Source of the DNA: Eledone cirrhosa
Lineage: Eukaryota
DNA: 64,000 bases
Direction: 5' to 3'
Assembly: GCA_964016885.1 (NCBI GenBank)
Contig: OZ024746.1
Coordinates: 55,428,001 to 55,492,000, forward strand
The notes under the pieces were generated by a model that saw only the letters and a program-made list of their open reading frames with translations, did not search any database and was not told where the DNA came from. Made by a program: the position numbers and the translations under genes. This document shows, in pieces, positions 29,575 through 43,332 of this stretch (position 1 is the first letter of the stretch; each line of letters starts with the position of its first letter).

Positions 29575-30981
29575 ATAATAATAAATTTGAAGACTAAAAT
29601 CCAAAGAGGGCTCGATAAGGATAAATATATATCAAATATATAAGAACCGTAGAGCAAATATTTATTAAAATAACAGATTAAAGTTCAAGCAAAGAATCGC
29701 TACTTTCACCCTTAACGGGATCTTCTGAAACTAACAAAGTCAATCTGTAAACGCAGAACTGGATATTTCAAAAAACGTTGCAACGGGAGGAAGACAGGAA
29801 GACGATACTTTGGTTCGTGGAAACGTTCGCTGGCAAAGAACGGGAAAAAACGAATATAATACGTCATTAATAGGAGCGGTGAAAAACAATTACGCGCAAA
29901 GACAGAACCACGTTTAGGTATAAAAGAGGTCGTAGACTAATGTTCTCTTAGGTGGTTCATAGAGACGTTCTCTGGCAATGAACGAAAAAACGAAGATAAT
30001 ACGTCATATTAATACAGGAAAGTTTTGTGGAATTTATGTTTACAAGCCGGAATTGCCTCAGATTTTTTGTTTAAGATGTGGTCTGTGGCGTAGAGTATTT
30101 CCAGGGCCTCAGCGGCGCAGAGGTCACATGGTCTTTTATTTCCGTTATACGATCTAGGCCTAGCTAGGATCTCCCAGTGTCACTTATATTGGGTGTGGTT
30201 GTCTTTTAGACTCCAGATATAAGCTGAAAGTGACGTCATATTCCTTCTTAGAGGGTAACGAAAAGAATGGGTATGCAAGTAAAGACGCTGCTTGAAACTA
30301 TTGGCGGTTAACCCTATGTAGGCCCTAAGGGATGTGTGTGTTACAACCTTACATTTGTAGACAATGTTACTAGAGAGGCATTTCCCGGATAGGGGGCAAT
30401 CAGCCCAATTCCTACAGTTACAGTTAGTACTAACTACAGGGTTGCACGTGTTCCTACGGCAAGGTAGTTTAGCTAAATTTGAAGCTGTGATGTTATGTGC
30501 AAGGTTAGGAGTCGTAAAGTAAGAACTTTTAATAGTATTTCTATTAAAAATTTTACTATATTTATGTGTAGGGGGAAAATGCTTCGTAATAAGGGAAAGA
30601 AAGATCTTAGCTAATGGTGTGGCCACCTCCATATTATATGGTGGGTTATACCAACAAATGCGACGGGGTCTATACACCTAGGTCTATTTTCGTGCTCTGT
30701 ATATGCTACCTTATCGACAAATCCACTTCGAGCAAGAGCTTCGTTGTAATAAGTGGAATGGTCGTTGAAAATACGGTCGTTGGTGGAAAGACGGGAAAGC
30801 CTCAAGGAAACGTTTCTTACCAGGTTCTTGGTTATGCTGGCAGGATGGTTGGAATGCTTACTTATGTAATTAAGCGTATCATTCGGCTTTCTAGATTGAC
30901 TTTGTTAGTTTCAGAAGATCCCGTTAAGGGTGAAAGCAGCGATTCTTTGCTTAAACTTTAATCTGTTATTTTAACAAATAT
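29575..30981 (-). mobile_element. Penelope-like element 2 (GIY-YIG portion) with inverted pLTR end
   Basis: WYNPPY, KHFP..HKYSKIFNRNTIK, CNCRN..CPL.GKCL, IVYKC..AYIGLT..FKQRL; 29658-29746 and 30893-30981 are inverted copies; (TA)n flanks. Confidence 0.9.
30907..30957 (+). ncRNA. Type I hammerhead ribozyme variant in the PLE2 pLTR (second copy at 29682-29732, minus strand)
   Basis: AGTTT-CAGAAGA-T-CCC-GTTAA-GGG-T-GAAA-GCA-gcgattctt-TGC-TT-AAACT forms all three stems; the second copy differs only by changes compatible with G-U pairs. Confidence 0.65.
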
Positions 30982-31097
30982 ATATATATATATATATATG
31001 CTGCCTGAAAGTTGTACCCCCTGTGGTAATGTGTATTATATATCAGCACTGCTATTCCTGTAGAAATAATTTCCAGCATTGAATACGCAATTTAAAT

Positions 31098-31262
<165 letters not shown>

Positions 31263-31361
31263 AATATATATGGGGAGGGTCATATTTGCGTAATATTGCC
31301 AGAATTAATAATATATATATATATATAATATATATATTTATAGCGGCGAATTCATCGCCGC

Positions 31362-31465
<104 letters not shown>

Positions 31466-31720
31466 CAGAGATAGAAAGGCATACAAATGTTGATGATGTT
31501 GAACAATAATCTAAATAAGACAATATTTAATAGTTAATTAATCCATTGTTTTAGGATCTTTTCAGGGAGTAGAATAAACAAATGATTATCGAAATCAGAA
31601 ATATGAACTAATCGATAGCAGTTTTGCAACTATCTAATATTAATCTCGACAAAACACCTATTCTACCGTCCATCATCAGAAACTTTGGTTTTGGGATATT
31701 ATTAAAACAAATAAAAATAA

Positions 31721-31829
31721 TTGTTTCTACTTTAGGCACAAGGCCAGCAATTACCAGTGCATTACTGGTACTTTATTTTATCGACCCCGTAAGGATGAAA
31801 GGCAAAGTCAACCTCGGCGGGATTTGAAC
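31721..31829 (-). mobile_element. OK-like SINE, 5'-truncated
   Basis: Near-identical to the body of the other copies. Confidence 0.85.
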
Positions 31830-32223
31830 AATACAGGTTAAATGGCACCAAAGAACCTGAGGCTGAGAGGGGAATTATGTGGGTTATTAGTTAATGAAAT
31901 ATAAGATAAAATATTAAAGTATAGTTAAACACATAATATGTAAATTTATAAAATCATGTGCAAATACATAAAGACACTCACATACTTTCACACATATATA
32001 TGTATATATGATTATCCAGAGACGTATATGTCCGAATCAATATATCCGAATCGACCCAGACCCAAATTAGCCTAGACAAATATATGTGACACGCATATAT
32101 ATGTATATATATATATATATCCAGGAGGTGTAACTAGGAGTTACTGCAGGTTCACCCGGGTGAGCACTCGATGTTTAGGTTCACTTCTGTGATGATGTGT
32201 AGAGCTATACAGAGTGTAATATA

Positions 32224-34913
32224 TAGAAAGGATAAAAAGGACGATTGATTATTCCTTCATTGAATTTATTGATAGGTAACACACGTTTCGCCATTGATCA
32301 ACTCAGTGTGTATACCATCCATAACACAAACCTAATGACAATCTTAGATACGTCAATAGACACTCTAACCACTCTAAGAGCATAATTAACACTATAGTTA
32401 AAAGCGTCTCCAACAGAGTGTCCACACTGTCGGCTAACGAAAACATCTTCAAGCAGCACGCGGAATACTACGACACTGCACTTATAAACGCTGGTTATAC
32501 TGAGAAGATTTCTTACATCGACCCAAATAGAACCGTAACACAGCTAAATATAGCAGGACTCTTAGAAACGAACTTAGAAGAAACCTCCACACATAGGACA
32601 CACAATGACCTTAGACGCCACCTAGCCGGCAGCGCAGACAGCACCACACATAACTGTCTAGGAGATAAATCCATACTCTCCAGCCCCAATAACAACTCCG
32701 ACTATCGCACACGCTTGCGTACCAATATAGACAAGGGACATAACGCCAATATATTACCTGGAACCTATTTGAAACATACGCCTGACCAAAACACACACAA
32801 ACTACCACCCAACCATAAAAACATCACTAAACAACGCATAAACCGAAGTAAACCTGTCACGTGGTATACCCCCCCCCCCTATTCTATACACGTCGCCACT
32901 AACAAAGCGGGATCCTTTTTCAGGGCTCTCGAACAATCTTTTCCACACACACACAAATACCACAAGCTCTTCAATAGACACACCGTAACATTCTCTTTCT
33001 CCACAGCACCAAACCTAGGCCAGACAATAGCACACAATAATAGGGCAAAAATACAAAAACACATGGTTTCCCCTCAACAAACCACCACAACAACCCAGAA
33101 CGAAACCACACACACAACACAACACAACAACACACACACACACCACACCAACACCGCATGATACCAACCGCCATCGTGCTACCGCACCGGTTACACTCGA
33201 ATGCAACTGCAAAAAACGAGCCGAATGCCCACTAAACGGGAAGTGCCTCGTTAAGAATATTGTTTACCGGTGCGATGTCACAGCCGTCAATAAGGAGTAC
33301 TCATATATAGGTGCGATATCCACTACGTTTAAGGAGCGCTGGTATAACCACATAAGCTCCGTCAAACATAGATCGAAACGATCCCAAACAAAACTGGCCG
33401 ACTTGATCTGGGACCTCAAGGACAGGAATATTGAACCCCAGATTTCGTGGTCAGTAAAAAGACGCGTGGCATATATCCCCAGTGACAGAAACCACTGCAG
33501 ATTATGCCTAGCTGAGGCGGCGGAAATAATTAAACTAAATTCCGCCATAAACTATAGGTCGGATATAATTGTCAATTGCAGACACACTAGGATGAACACC
33601 TTTTCTGCACAAACTTTCGCGGGAGGGCCACGCACTAACCATGACCCACCATAATAATAACCATATCTGCCCCGTATCACCATCGCCCATCTCAAAGAAT
33701 TTTAATTCTAATCTTACTTTACTTTATCTTATTTTATTGTATTGCATTCAACCATATGTAAGCCCGTATTTTGTATATCATGCTGCATACATAACCCACA
33801 CCAAAAATCACACTAACCATGACACACCATATTAATAACCACATATACCCCGTCTCAACATCGCCCACCTCAATAAACTTATTGTATTGTACTCCATGTA
33901 GCCATTTCTAAGCCTGCATTTGTATATCATGCCGCACACATCACCACCACCAAAATTCACATCAACATACACACCTCATCGTTGCAACATCGTATAAGAT
34001 CGGTATCCTATGATACGTTCTACCTTGCAATCCACAATGACAAGGGACCTTGTAAATACAATGTCGATCATATCACACCATCACCACCACCACCACCACA
34101 CCACACATCGTCATATGCCTACCATACACACCTACAACCCCATCCCCACATGTTCCCTCTGTCTACTCTAGCCTACAACCCCACGCTAAATTCGACCCTG
34201 TAATTGTACTGTCGCACACACACACAACCACCGCCACAACTAGATACATCCAAATACCTCAACAATCATTATCATTAACATCATCAACACATATCACCCC
34301 TCGCTCCCAGATCGACTGTATTATAGACCCCCCACACCCCGTCTGCCTTACCCTATAACACACCGTAACCTCTGATCATGTAATCATCTTGTCGAACATA
34401 TCACCCCAGCACCACCATCATCACCATGTCCACAACACATCGCCGTACGTCCATAAACACCTTCTAACCGGTATTCGATCCTGTATATATATCTTTGTCC
34501 CTCACAACTCCACCACCACCTCCACAAAACACAACTCCATACTTCACCAACACCGACAACACATACCAACACTCCCCAACCAACAATAGCGTGTGTGTCG
34601 GTGTGTAAGTATTCTTACACATGCGGACGTATGAGTGTGCGTGCGTGTACGCATAGTTATTGTATGTGTGTGTGTGTATGTGAGCGCAGGTGTATACATG
34701 TGTGTATGTGTGGGTACGTATCTGTATATATATGTGTATGCGTATGTGTATGTGTGTGTGCTTATATGTATGTGTATGTATGTGTGTATATGTGCACGTC
34801 TACATATATGTATATGGGTGAATCTGACTACATGTGTAGGTGAGCTCACGTACGTGCATGTATGTGTATATGTGCGTGTATATCTGTGTTGTCTGTGCAT
34901 GTGTGTGTATATG

Positions 34914-34976
<63 letters not shown>

Positions 34977-35946
34977 GTGTATGTATATATATGTGTATGT
35001 ATATATGTGCGTGAGTATATGTGTGTGTGAGTGTGTATGTGTATAGTTTGTATACGTGAGTGTGAGTCCATGTGCCCAAACCCATATGTGTGTATGGGTA
35101 TATGTATGTGTATGTATGTATGTAAAACACCTTCTACATTGCCTCTCACCTTCCCCCCATCTCCGTCGTTCGCCACCCCTAACGATACTCCCCCACTCTC
35201 CATATTCGTGCCCGCATGCGCACACGCACATACATGTGTGTACATATACATATGGCTGTGAGTGAGCGTGTGTCGATATGTGTGGGCAAGGATGTCCGTA
35301 TGTGTTTTGTGGTGGGTGCGTTTATACAACAATATGTGTGCATATAAAACCTATATGTGTGTGTGTATACCTATATACAAAGTATCTGTCAGACGATGAG
35401 ATTCTAGCTATGTAACTAGGTAATGACCTTGACGCCTTCAATACATCAGTCACACCACCACAAACGCCACTACCATAGACAGCAGCACCAATACCACACA
35501 CCCATACACACACCAACCCGTCTACTGACAACCCACTAACCTCATACCACAGCCGATTCTACTAAGCAACCATAACCACCGCCATATCGTAACATCCACA
35601 ACTACATACTCTACACGCCAAGGCCAACCAACCACCACCACACCCCAGCCTATCTTATCCACCCATCCTCACCAACATCACACCCACCCCCATATACACT
35701 ACAGGCCAGTACACCCCCTTGACCCTTCCCACCAATCAAAACAACTCGTTTTGTCAAACTCTTGAATATCTGACTTTATCACATAGCATGTATTTCATTT
35801 TCTCATAGCATTTTAAGAAGATCCGTAGAGCTTCGGATTATTGAGTCGGGTAGGATCGATATAGATCGAAACTTGAGCTGATCAGTGGCGAAACGCGCGT
35901 CACCTATCAATGAAGGAATAATCAATCGCCCTTTTTATCCTTTCTA
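32224..35946 (+). mobile_element. Penelope-like element 3 (GIY-YIG portion about 32330-33654, long low-complexity 3' region) with inverted terminal copy
   Basis: WYTPP, FPHTHKYHKLFNRHTV, CNCKKRAECPLNGKCL..IVYRC..SYIGAI..FKERWYNH, CRLCLAE; 32224-32305 is the inverse of 35874-35946. Confidence 0.85.
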
Positions 35947-35961
35947 TGTATATATATATAA

Positions 35962-36137
<176 letters not shown>

Positions 36138-36355
36138 AGGGTAAATATTGATGCAATTCAATTCAAGCACTCAACGGCCTTTTTCCACATAGGAGTGACG
36201 GAGTATATATATATATGTAGATAAATCTACCAAAATGTACGGTAGTGTCCAATCCGTATGAAGAACTTAGTGTAATCCGAATATCATGAAAAGAGGTGTA
36301 TTCAAAAAATGTTTTCGATGAAAAATACAGGAAATCAGAGTCAAGATAAATTATG

Positions 36356-36412
<57 letters not shown>

Positions 36413-36541
36413 TGTGTATGTATGTATGTATTTATGTATTTATGTCAAAAACACATTCACTTGTAAACGTATATATATATACCCGAACGCACACATATAT
36501 TTAACCATATATACACATTAATATGCACTACATCTATAATT

Positions 36542-36581
<40 letters not shown>

Positions 36582-36583
<2 letters not shown>

Positions 36584-39500
36584 TTTCTTTATTAACCACA
36601 AGGGTTTACATAAAGTAGACATTAAGGACAGTGCAGGACAATGCAGGACGGTACAAATGGGTATTTCTGCGTGTAAAAAACAAAAACAGAGGATGTAACA
36701 AAAAATAACAATGAAAAATTCCCCAATAGGGAGGAGACTTCGGAGGGACATTTGTGGAGAAAGCCCAGTAAAAAGCCACAATGACCCTGACCACCAAGGC
36801 AAGTGCCCTCTCCCAGTTTTCCACCTTTAATTTACAGATATATACTCAGAGTAGGCCCATTCACTCGGGCCATTCTTGCTTCTCTCACCCATCTTTCAAC
36901 AAAATGCTGGGAAGAGAGCACTTCCCTCTCTACCCTGATTTTCCTTTTCAAATGAAATTTGTAAAAGTTAATCAGGGCATCACCGAAGTGGTAAGTGCTC
37001 GTCTTCAGCCCTTTCAAAAGTGTCCACCATACTATCTCTTTGGCCATGGCCACCAGACAGATAAAAACTCCCTGCCCTTCCCGGCTAAAGGAGGATGGCG
37101 GGGCAATACTCACGATGGACTCAGCTGATAGCCGGATCCATCCAAACACGCGACAGCAGGTGTTCGACATAAATCCACAAATCAGCAATGCTCGGACACT
37201 GGACGAGTGCGTGTAGGACGGTTTCGTCGCCCTGCGCGCATCTCGGACATGCCCGGCTGACGGCACCCCCATGCCTGTAGAGTTTATCCCCAACTGGCAA
37301 AGCTCCTCGGTAGCACTGCCAGGCCAGGGATTTCTGGAAGTTGTTCATAGGCCCCGGCCCGAAAGTCCTTCCGATGAGATTGGCTAGTTGATTTTCGTCG
37401 ACGCCTAGAGTTTCTTCAAGTACGTCGTCGCTCTTCCCCTCCACTAATCCTCTATAGAACGCCAAGGTGGAGTTTCCACCGATCACATTGCCCGATTGGT
37501 CGAGGGCTGTGAGCGCCTGAAGACATTCCAGTCTCCAAGCGCTCCCTCTCGGTCTTCGCTTGACCCAGGACTGCAGCTCCGTCAAGGAGACGAGCTGGGG
37601 AAAGACGTGTCTAGCAAACAGCAACCACACCTGATCACCGTCGAGGAAGGGGTGGAGATGTCGTAGCCTGAGCGTGTGTCTGCGCATTATCAGCCACGAT
37701 ATGCCCAGCCCTCCACGTGGCGGGTGTTGACAGCAGACGGACCGCCTGACCATCGGAACACGTCCCTTCCACAAAGAGCGAAATAGCAAACGCTCCAGCA
37801 CAGTCAGGCGGGGCTTAGGACAAGGTACGATGGTCAGGCGGTAGTAGATGACGGACGCGATGTACGCGTTATCCACCCCCGCTCGAACTTTCAGGGATAG
37901 CTTCCTCTCCGCTCATTTCTGGGTGAGAGAAGCCACCCTGCTCGTTACCTCGTCCCAGTTTTTGTCATTCTGGAGGTCCGGGCCGAAACAAACCTTAGCA
38001 AATTAACCGGTCCGTCCGTCCAGCGCCCGACGACGCTGTTGGACGGCATGGACCTGCCTCCCCAGGTGCCGAGGTGCAGGCCCACTGACTTTTCCGGGTT
38101 GATCATTGCTCCTGTCACCGCTTCGTATTCTCTTAGTGTAGTGCCGATCGCCTCGATGTGTTTGGCGTTCGACACCACTACGTTGACATCGTCCGCATAT
38201 GCTGACACGGATCTTCCGCATCCTAGTTCGCGCGGAAACCCCCTCAACGTCTCCAGTTTGTGCAGTAATGTCTCGAGAGTCAATACGTACAAGAGGGACG
38301 AGAGGGGACATCCTTGGCGGACCGAGCACATGAGTTGAACGGTTCCGAAATGTGACGGTTCACTCTCACCATAGAGCAGATGTCGCTGTGCATGGCAGCG
38401 ATCCAGCCTCTGAAGACGGGCCCAAAGCCAGCCGCCCTCAGGACTGCCGCTAGGTAACGATGGTCGACCCTATCGAAAGCTTTCGACTGATATGAATTGA
38501 TCAAGGACCCACCCGTGCCAGGTTCCCTAGCTACCCTCTCTACGATGTATCGCATGAGGTGAAGGTTGTCGTGGATGGATCTGTCGGGAATGGCGCATGT
38601 CTGCGCCTCTCCTACCAGACCACCAATGACAAGCGCCAATCTCTTTGCTAGCACCTTGGCCAAAATCTTGAACTCTGTGTTTAGCAGTGTTATGGGCCTA
38701 AAATTATCTATGTTATCCCCCTTGTTCGGACCTTTCTCAGCAGCTCCACAGCTCCTCGGCTCACAGAGCTGGGAATTCTCCCGTTCTGTAGCCAGTTACA
38801 GTAGACGTCCGCCAAGAGGACTCCGAACATGTCTGGCATCTGTACGTTAAGTTCCTAGCGCAGTTCATCCAAACCAGGCGATTTTCCCCTTGTGCAGCTA
38901 GTCTTTGCCTCCCGTACGTCAGCGGCTGTTATCGACTTTCCGCAACACTCTGCCTCAGTGCCCGAGAGCCGCGGCAGTCCGTCGAGGTAGACATAAAGTC
39001 CATCCCTCGATCCATCCCTCCGCTGCCCCCGAACAACTGTGCGAAGTGTCGCTGAAAAGCTTCACATATTTGCCCGGGATCGAGTAGCATGCGCCCGTCG
39101 TGGTCCACCAAAGACCGGATCGTGGCTTTGTTGCCACGACGCGCCTCCGCCACTCGGTCCCATTGAACGGCTTTCGTCCCCTCGTGTCTGAGAGCACGCA
39201 CCCTAGCTCTGACAACGCAGCCTTCGTGCTTTGCATTGAAGAATTGGTCAAGGGCCAATTTCGCCGCAAGTACGTCGGTCGCGATGCCTTTGCTAAGCGC
39301 CTCTTCTAATTTTATAACTAATTCTCCCTCTGCTCTATTTTTCTCTATTGCTAAAGCCTTACTAAACCTAATGGACTCTATTCTAATTGCTCTTTTCAGA
39401 GCAAACCACCACTTGTTGTTGACGATGGCCCCCGTCAACGCCTGCTTAACTAGTTTGCTAATCCGGTCTTTGCAGGCCTTGCGCGCTGGTAAGGGCGCGT

Positions 39501-42500
39501 TTAGCTTCCAGTAGCCGGGTCCTCGTCTATGAAATCTATCTAAGTCAAGCACTCAGATCACGAACTTGTGGTCCGTGTAGCTGACTATTTGAATTGTGGA
39601 CAGCCTATGCTAGACCTATCTATTTCCCTACAAAATACTCTATCTAGATATGATCTGGATGACCCTATGCGATTTGTCCAAGTCCACATTGGCACATTCG
39701 GGAAATCCAATCGGTACCCGTCAGACAGTTCAAAACGCCTGAGCAGTTTGGTGAGACTCTTGGACCATCCTCCCCTATCCGCTAATCCCACACAGTCTCA
39801 GCGTGCATCTAAGATCCCGTTCCTGTCGCCCACTAACACTAAAGAAGGGGACGTTCCAAGAAAGGTCTCCAGACGCCGGAAGAAATCAGGCCGCCCTGCT
39901 CCTGTCGGGGCATAGACGGCCACTAGTCTGAAAGCTTGCCCGTCTCCGCTGGTCACGTCTAGCACCACCAACTTACCTTCTGGGTCCAGGAAGATGGCCC
40001 GTAAGGCGAAATCCAAACCTCTCCGAAAAAGCACAGCAACTACTCCCCCCGATCCCTGGGAGATGCGTACACATCGTAGCCGCTGAAGATCGGTGGGAAG
40101 GCCCCTGCTTCGGAGATTCTGGTCTCGCTGATGGCCACTACATCTATGTTTAGTGACCTGAGGTCGTTGAGCAGGTGGCCCTGCTTCCATGACGACCCCA
40201 AGCCACGCGTATTTATGCTGCCTATTCTGAGTGAGGTCATGTTGAAATGGAGTGGAAAAGATGGGAAAGATCACTTACCTTACTTCTCGTAGAGGAAGGA
40301 CGGTTTCTCCATTCTTTTCACTTCTTGTGGCCTCCTCAGGATGTCCTTATAAATCCTCCTGGGGAGTGCTTGTCGGAAGTTTCCGATGTCTTTGGGGAAT
40401 TTTTGTTTTAGTGTCATGTACGTTTTCTGTGTGATGCGAGTGATCTGTATGTGTGGAGGTGGTGTGAACTTTTGGGTTGTTGTGTAGTCTTTTTCTGTGA
40501 TGCTGATGTTGTGTTGGGTGTAGTGTAATAATTGGTTGTTGTTAAAATTTAATCGTTTCTACTTTAGGCACAAGGCCAGCAATTACCCAGTGCATTACTG
40601 GTACTTTTATTTTATCGACCCCGTAAGGATGAAAGGCAAAGTCAACCTCGGCGGGATTTGAACTCAGATCGTAAAGGGACGTAACTATGATGGAAAGCAT
40701 GGTGTCCGACCCTCTACCGATACTGTCAATCCACACAAATTTAATGCTGTGTAGTGTGTATCGTTTTGGTTGTTTTGTTTTGTTTGTGTTTGTTGTGGGT
40801 TTGTTTCTGTTTCGCATTCTGGTGACATTTGTGGTGTAGGTGATTGTGGTGTTGGGGTTAATGATGGTGATGGTGTTGGTGTTCGGGGTGATGGGGTTGG
40901 TGATGCTGGTGTGGATGGTGGCATATCTGTCCTAACTTTTTTGTTTGATAGTTTATTTGTTTCCCCTCTGTATTTTGTTTTTGGAGGGGGAAGGAAGAGA
41001 ATTGTTTCTTTTTGGGTTTCTTTTTTCTTTTTTCCTGATACCGTTTCCCACTCCTCGTCGTCACAATCTGTCTCCAGTTGTGATAGGCTTGGGAGTGGAA
41101 AATCCTCCACAGGCGTTAGTTTTGTTTGTGGCGTGGTGGATGGTGTAGGCGCTGGTGCTAGTTCTGGCGCATTGGGTGGTGGTGGTGTTGGTTTTGCTAC
41201 TGTTGCTGGGGTTGTTGCTGTTACAGTTGCTTCTGTTGTTGCTGCTACAGTTGTTGCTGCCATCTCTGCTGCTGGTGGTGTTGATGGTTGAGTCACAGGG
41301 GTGGGTACGAGAGGTGGCCTCAACCTTTTAGCCTGAGGGCAGAAAGCCCTTAGGTGGGTTCCTTCACCACAAACGACACACCTAGGCCTTCTGCCCTCGA
41401 CAATTACGGTGAGGTGGCTGCCGTCAGTGAGGTCTATTACCTCTGTGATCTCCTCAATGCTTTTTTGGTCCGTTTGGATCAGGAGCTCCATCCCTGATCC
41501 GGACCAGTTCTCCTGCTTTTCGATTATCTTGGTGTTGGCTTCGATGCTGGAGAGGACGGCAGCTATTAGCCAGGGAGTTTCGATGGCCGGTGGAACGTGA
41601 GTTTCTGGCCACAATAGCTTGGGACGAGTGTGAAGTCGTTACTTCTTAATGCGGCCATGGAGTGTTCTCTAGCCTCCTGTGGTGTTTCAAAGTAGACGTC
41701 CACGGTTCCATACTTTTGCCCACGCCTGATGTGGGTTTTTTTTGCCCACACATGTCCCAAAGATTTTTGGATTTGGGACTCGGATGCCCGTTCCAGTCGG
41801 CGCGATTTTATATTAATTGTTCGATAAGACTTGGTGCATAGGCGCCGATGCTCCATTTTATTAAGTGTGTGTGTGTGTGTTGGGGGGAGGGGGGGGGGGT
41901 GACCCTGTACCCATCTTTCTTTACCATTTTTTGGCTTCTTCTAATTCCTCCTGAGTTACCTGAAAAGCTTCGCGCTGTTTTGCTACTCTGGCAAAACTCG
42001 GGTGGTTTTCTTAATTGCTGTTGTTGTTATCGTTATTTTTGTTATTATTAATTTTAGTCTCAGTTGTGGAGGTGGTGGCGTCAGTGGTATTCGGTGTGGA
42101 AGAGTTCATTTTGGTTGAATTCATTTCGATATCACGAGTTAATTTATGTTATTCTTTTGTTTCTGTTGTCGCTGTGTTGATGGTGGGGGTGGCGGCTTTA
42201 ACACCTGCAGTGTGTAACGGCGGGAAATGAATGTCTGCCTGAGACAAATTTAAAATATTGCTACTGCTTATATTTTTAGTGTTGGCAAACGTAGTAATAT
42301 TTACAATTGTGGTGTCGGTGTGAGGTGTTAGTTTGTGAGGAAGGCTGTCAGCTTCGTGTGGCTGTGAGTCATCCATGTCATAGAAAGAAAGATTTTTTTT
42401 GATAATTATAAAATGTAAATTTTGGGCTCAAGGCCCCAATCTTTTAGAGTGTCCTTTTCGGAAAACAAACTATGTGCACTTATATACAATTAACAATAAA

Positions 42501-42588
42501 AAATATTCCATGAATGACAATTTTAAACAACTGAAAATAACAAACCTTTGCGGAGCTCACGATGATACGATTTACTACGTAAGTCACC
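36582..42588 (-). mobile_element. L1/Tx1-clade element copy A, full length but degenerate, in (TAA)n
   Basis: 5'UTR; ORF1 remnants about 40275-42380 with CVVCGEGTHLRAFC knuckle; frameshifted ORF2 36832-40240 (APE, YADD, CPRC..HALVQC); 3' AATAAAGAAATC then (ATT)n; (TAA)n at 36548-36581 and 42589-42640. Confidence 0.92.
40554..40736 (-). mobile_element. OK-like SINE inserted into Tx1-A ORF1 with a 9-bp target-site duplication
   Basis: Full SINE flanked by AAATTTAAT at 40545-40553 and 40737-40745. Confidence 0.88.
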
Positions 42589-42640
<52 letters not shown>

Positions 42641-42641
<1 letters not shown>

Positions 42642-43027
42642 GACAAGAATGTATCTATAAAAACATTTGAAAAATTGAGCAAGTATAAGGACCTGGAGAT
42701 AGAAATTGGAAAAATGTGGAAATTGAGAACTAAAACAATACCAGTGGTTGTAGGCGCTCTGGGAATGATACCTAAGGGGTCTAACGACTACTTATCGCAA
42801 ATCCCAGGAAACCCGCGTATAGGAGAAATACAAAAGATAGTACTAATGGGAACTGCCCATATACTAAGGAAGATCCTGTCAATATAAGTAATTCACAAGT
42901 CTAAACACTAAGGATGCATGTGTGAATATGTGTGTTCTTTCTTGAACATGGCGGACCTTGTTGTCTCTTGAGGTCACTGGTTGTGACTTGGTGATAACTC
43001 GTATAAACATAAAGCAAGATAAATGCA
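42641..43027 (+). mobile_element. R4/Dong-clade 3' fragment, family 3, between (TAA)n tracts
   Basis: EKLSKYKDLEIEIGKMW..IPVVVGALG..IQKIVLMGTAHILRKILSI, then 3'UTR and a TAA tail. Confidence 0.85.
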
Positions 43028-43042
43028 AATAATAATAATAAT

Positions 43043-43331
43043 ACTCTGAGGAAGGATACAAGTATTTGGGTGTTCTGGAGGCTGATGGCATAATGAACAA
43101 AAAATGAAGGAATTGTTAAGAACTGAATACATTCGGAGAGTAAGGAGCGTATTGAAGTCACATCTGAACAGCAGAAATGCCATAAGCGCAGTAAATTCCC
43201 GAGCTGTGTCTATTATTAGGTACAGTGCGGGAATTTTGAGATGGAATGTTGCTGAACAAAAAGAAATGGATAGGAAGACTAGGAAGCTATTGACTATCTA
43301 CAACATGTTCCACAAGAGGAGTGATGTCGAA
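43043..43331 (+). mobile_element. Internal fragment of Dong family 1
   Basis: Near-identical to the reverse complement of about 16535-16822 (GYKYLG..MKELLRTEYIRRVRS..MFHKRSD). Confidence 0.9.
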
Positions 43332-43332
43332 T

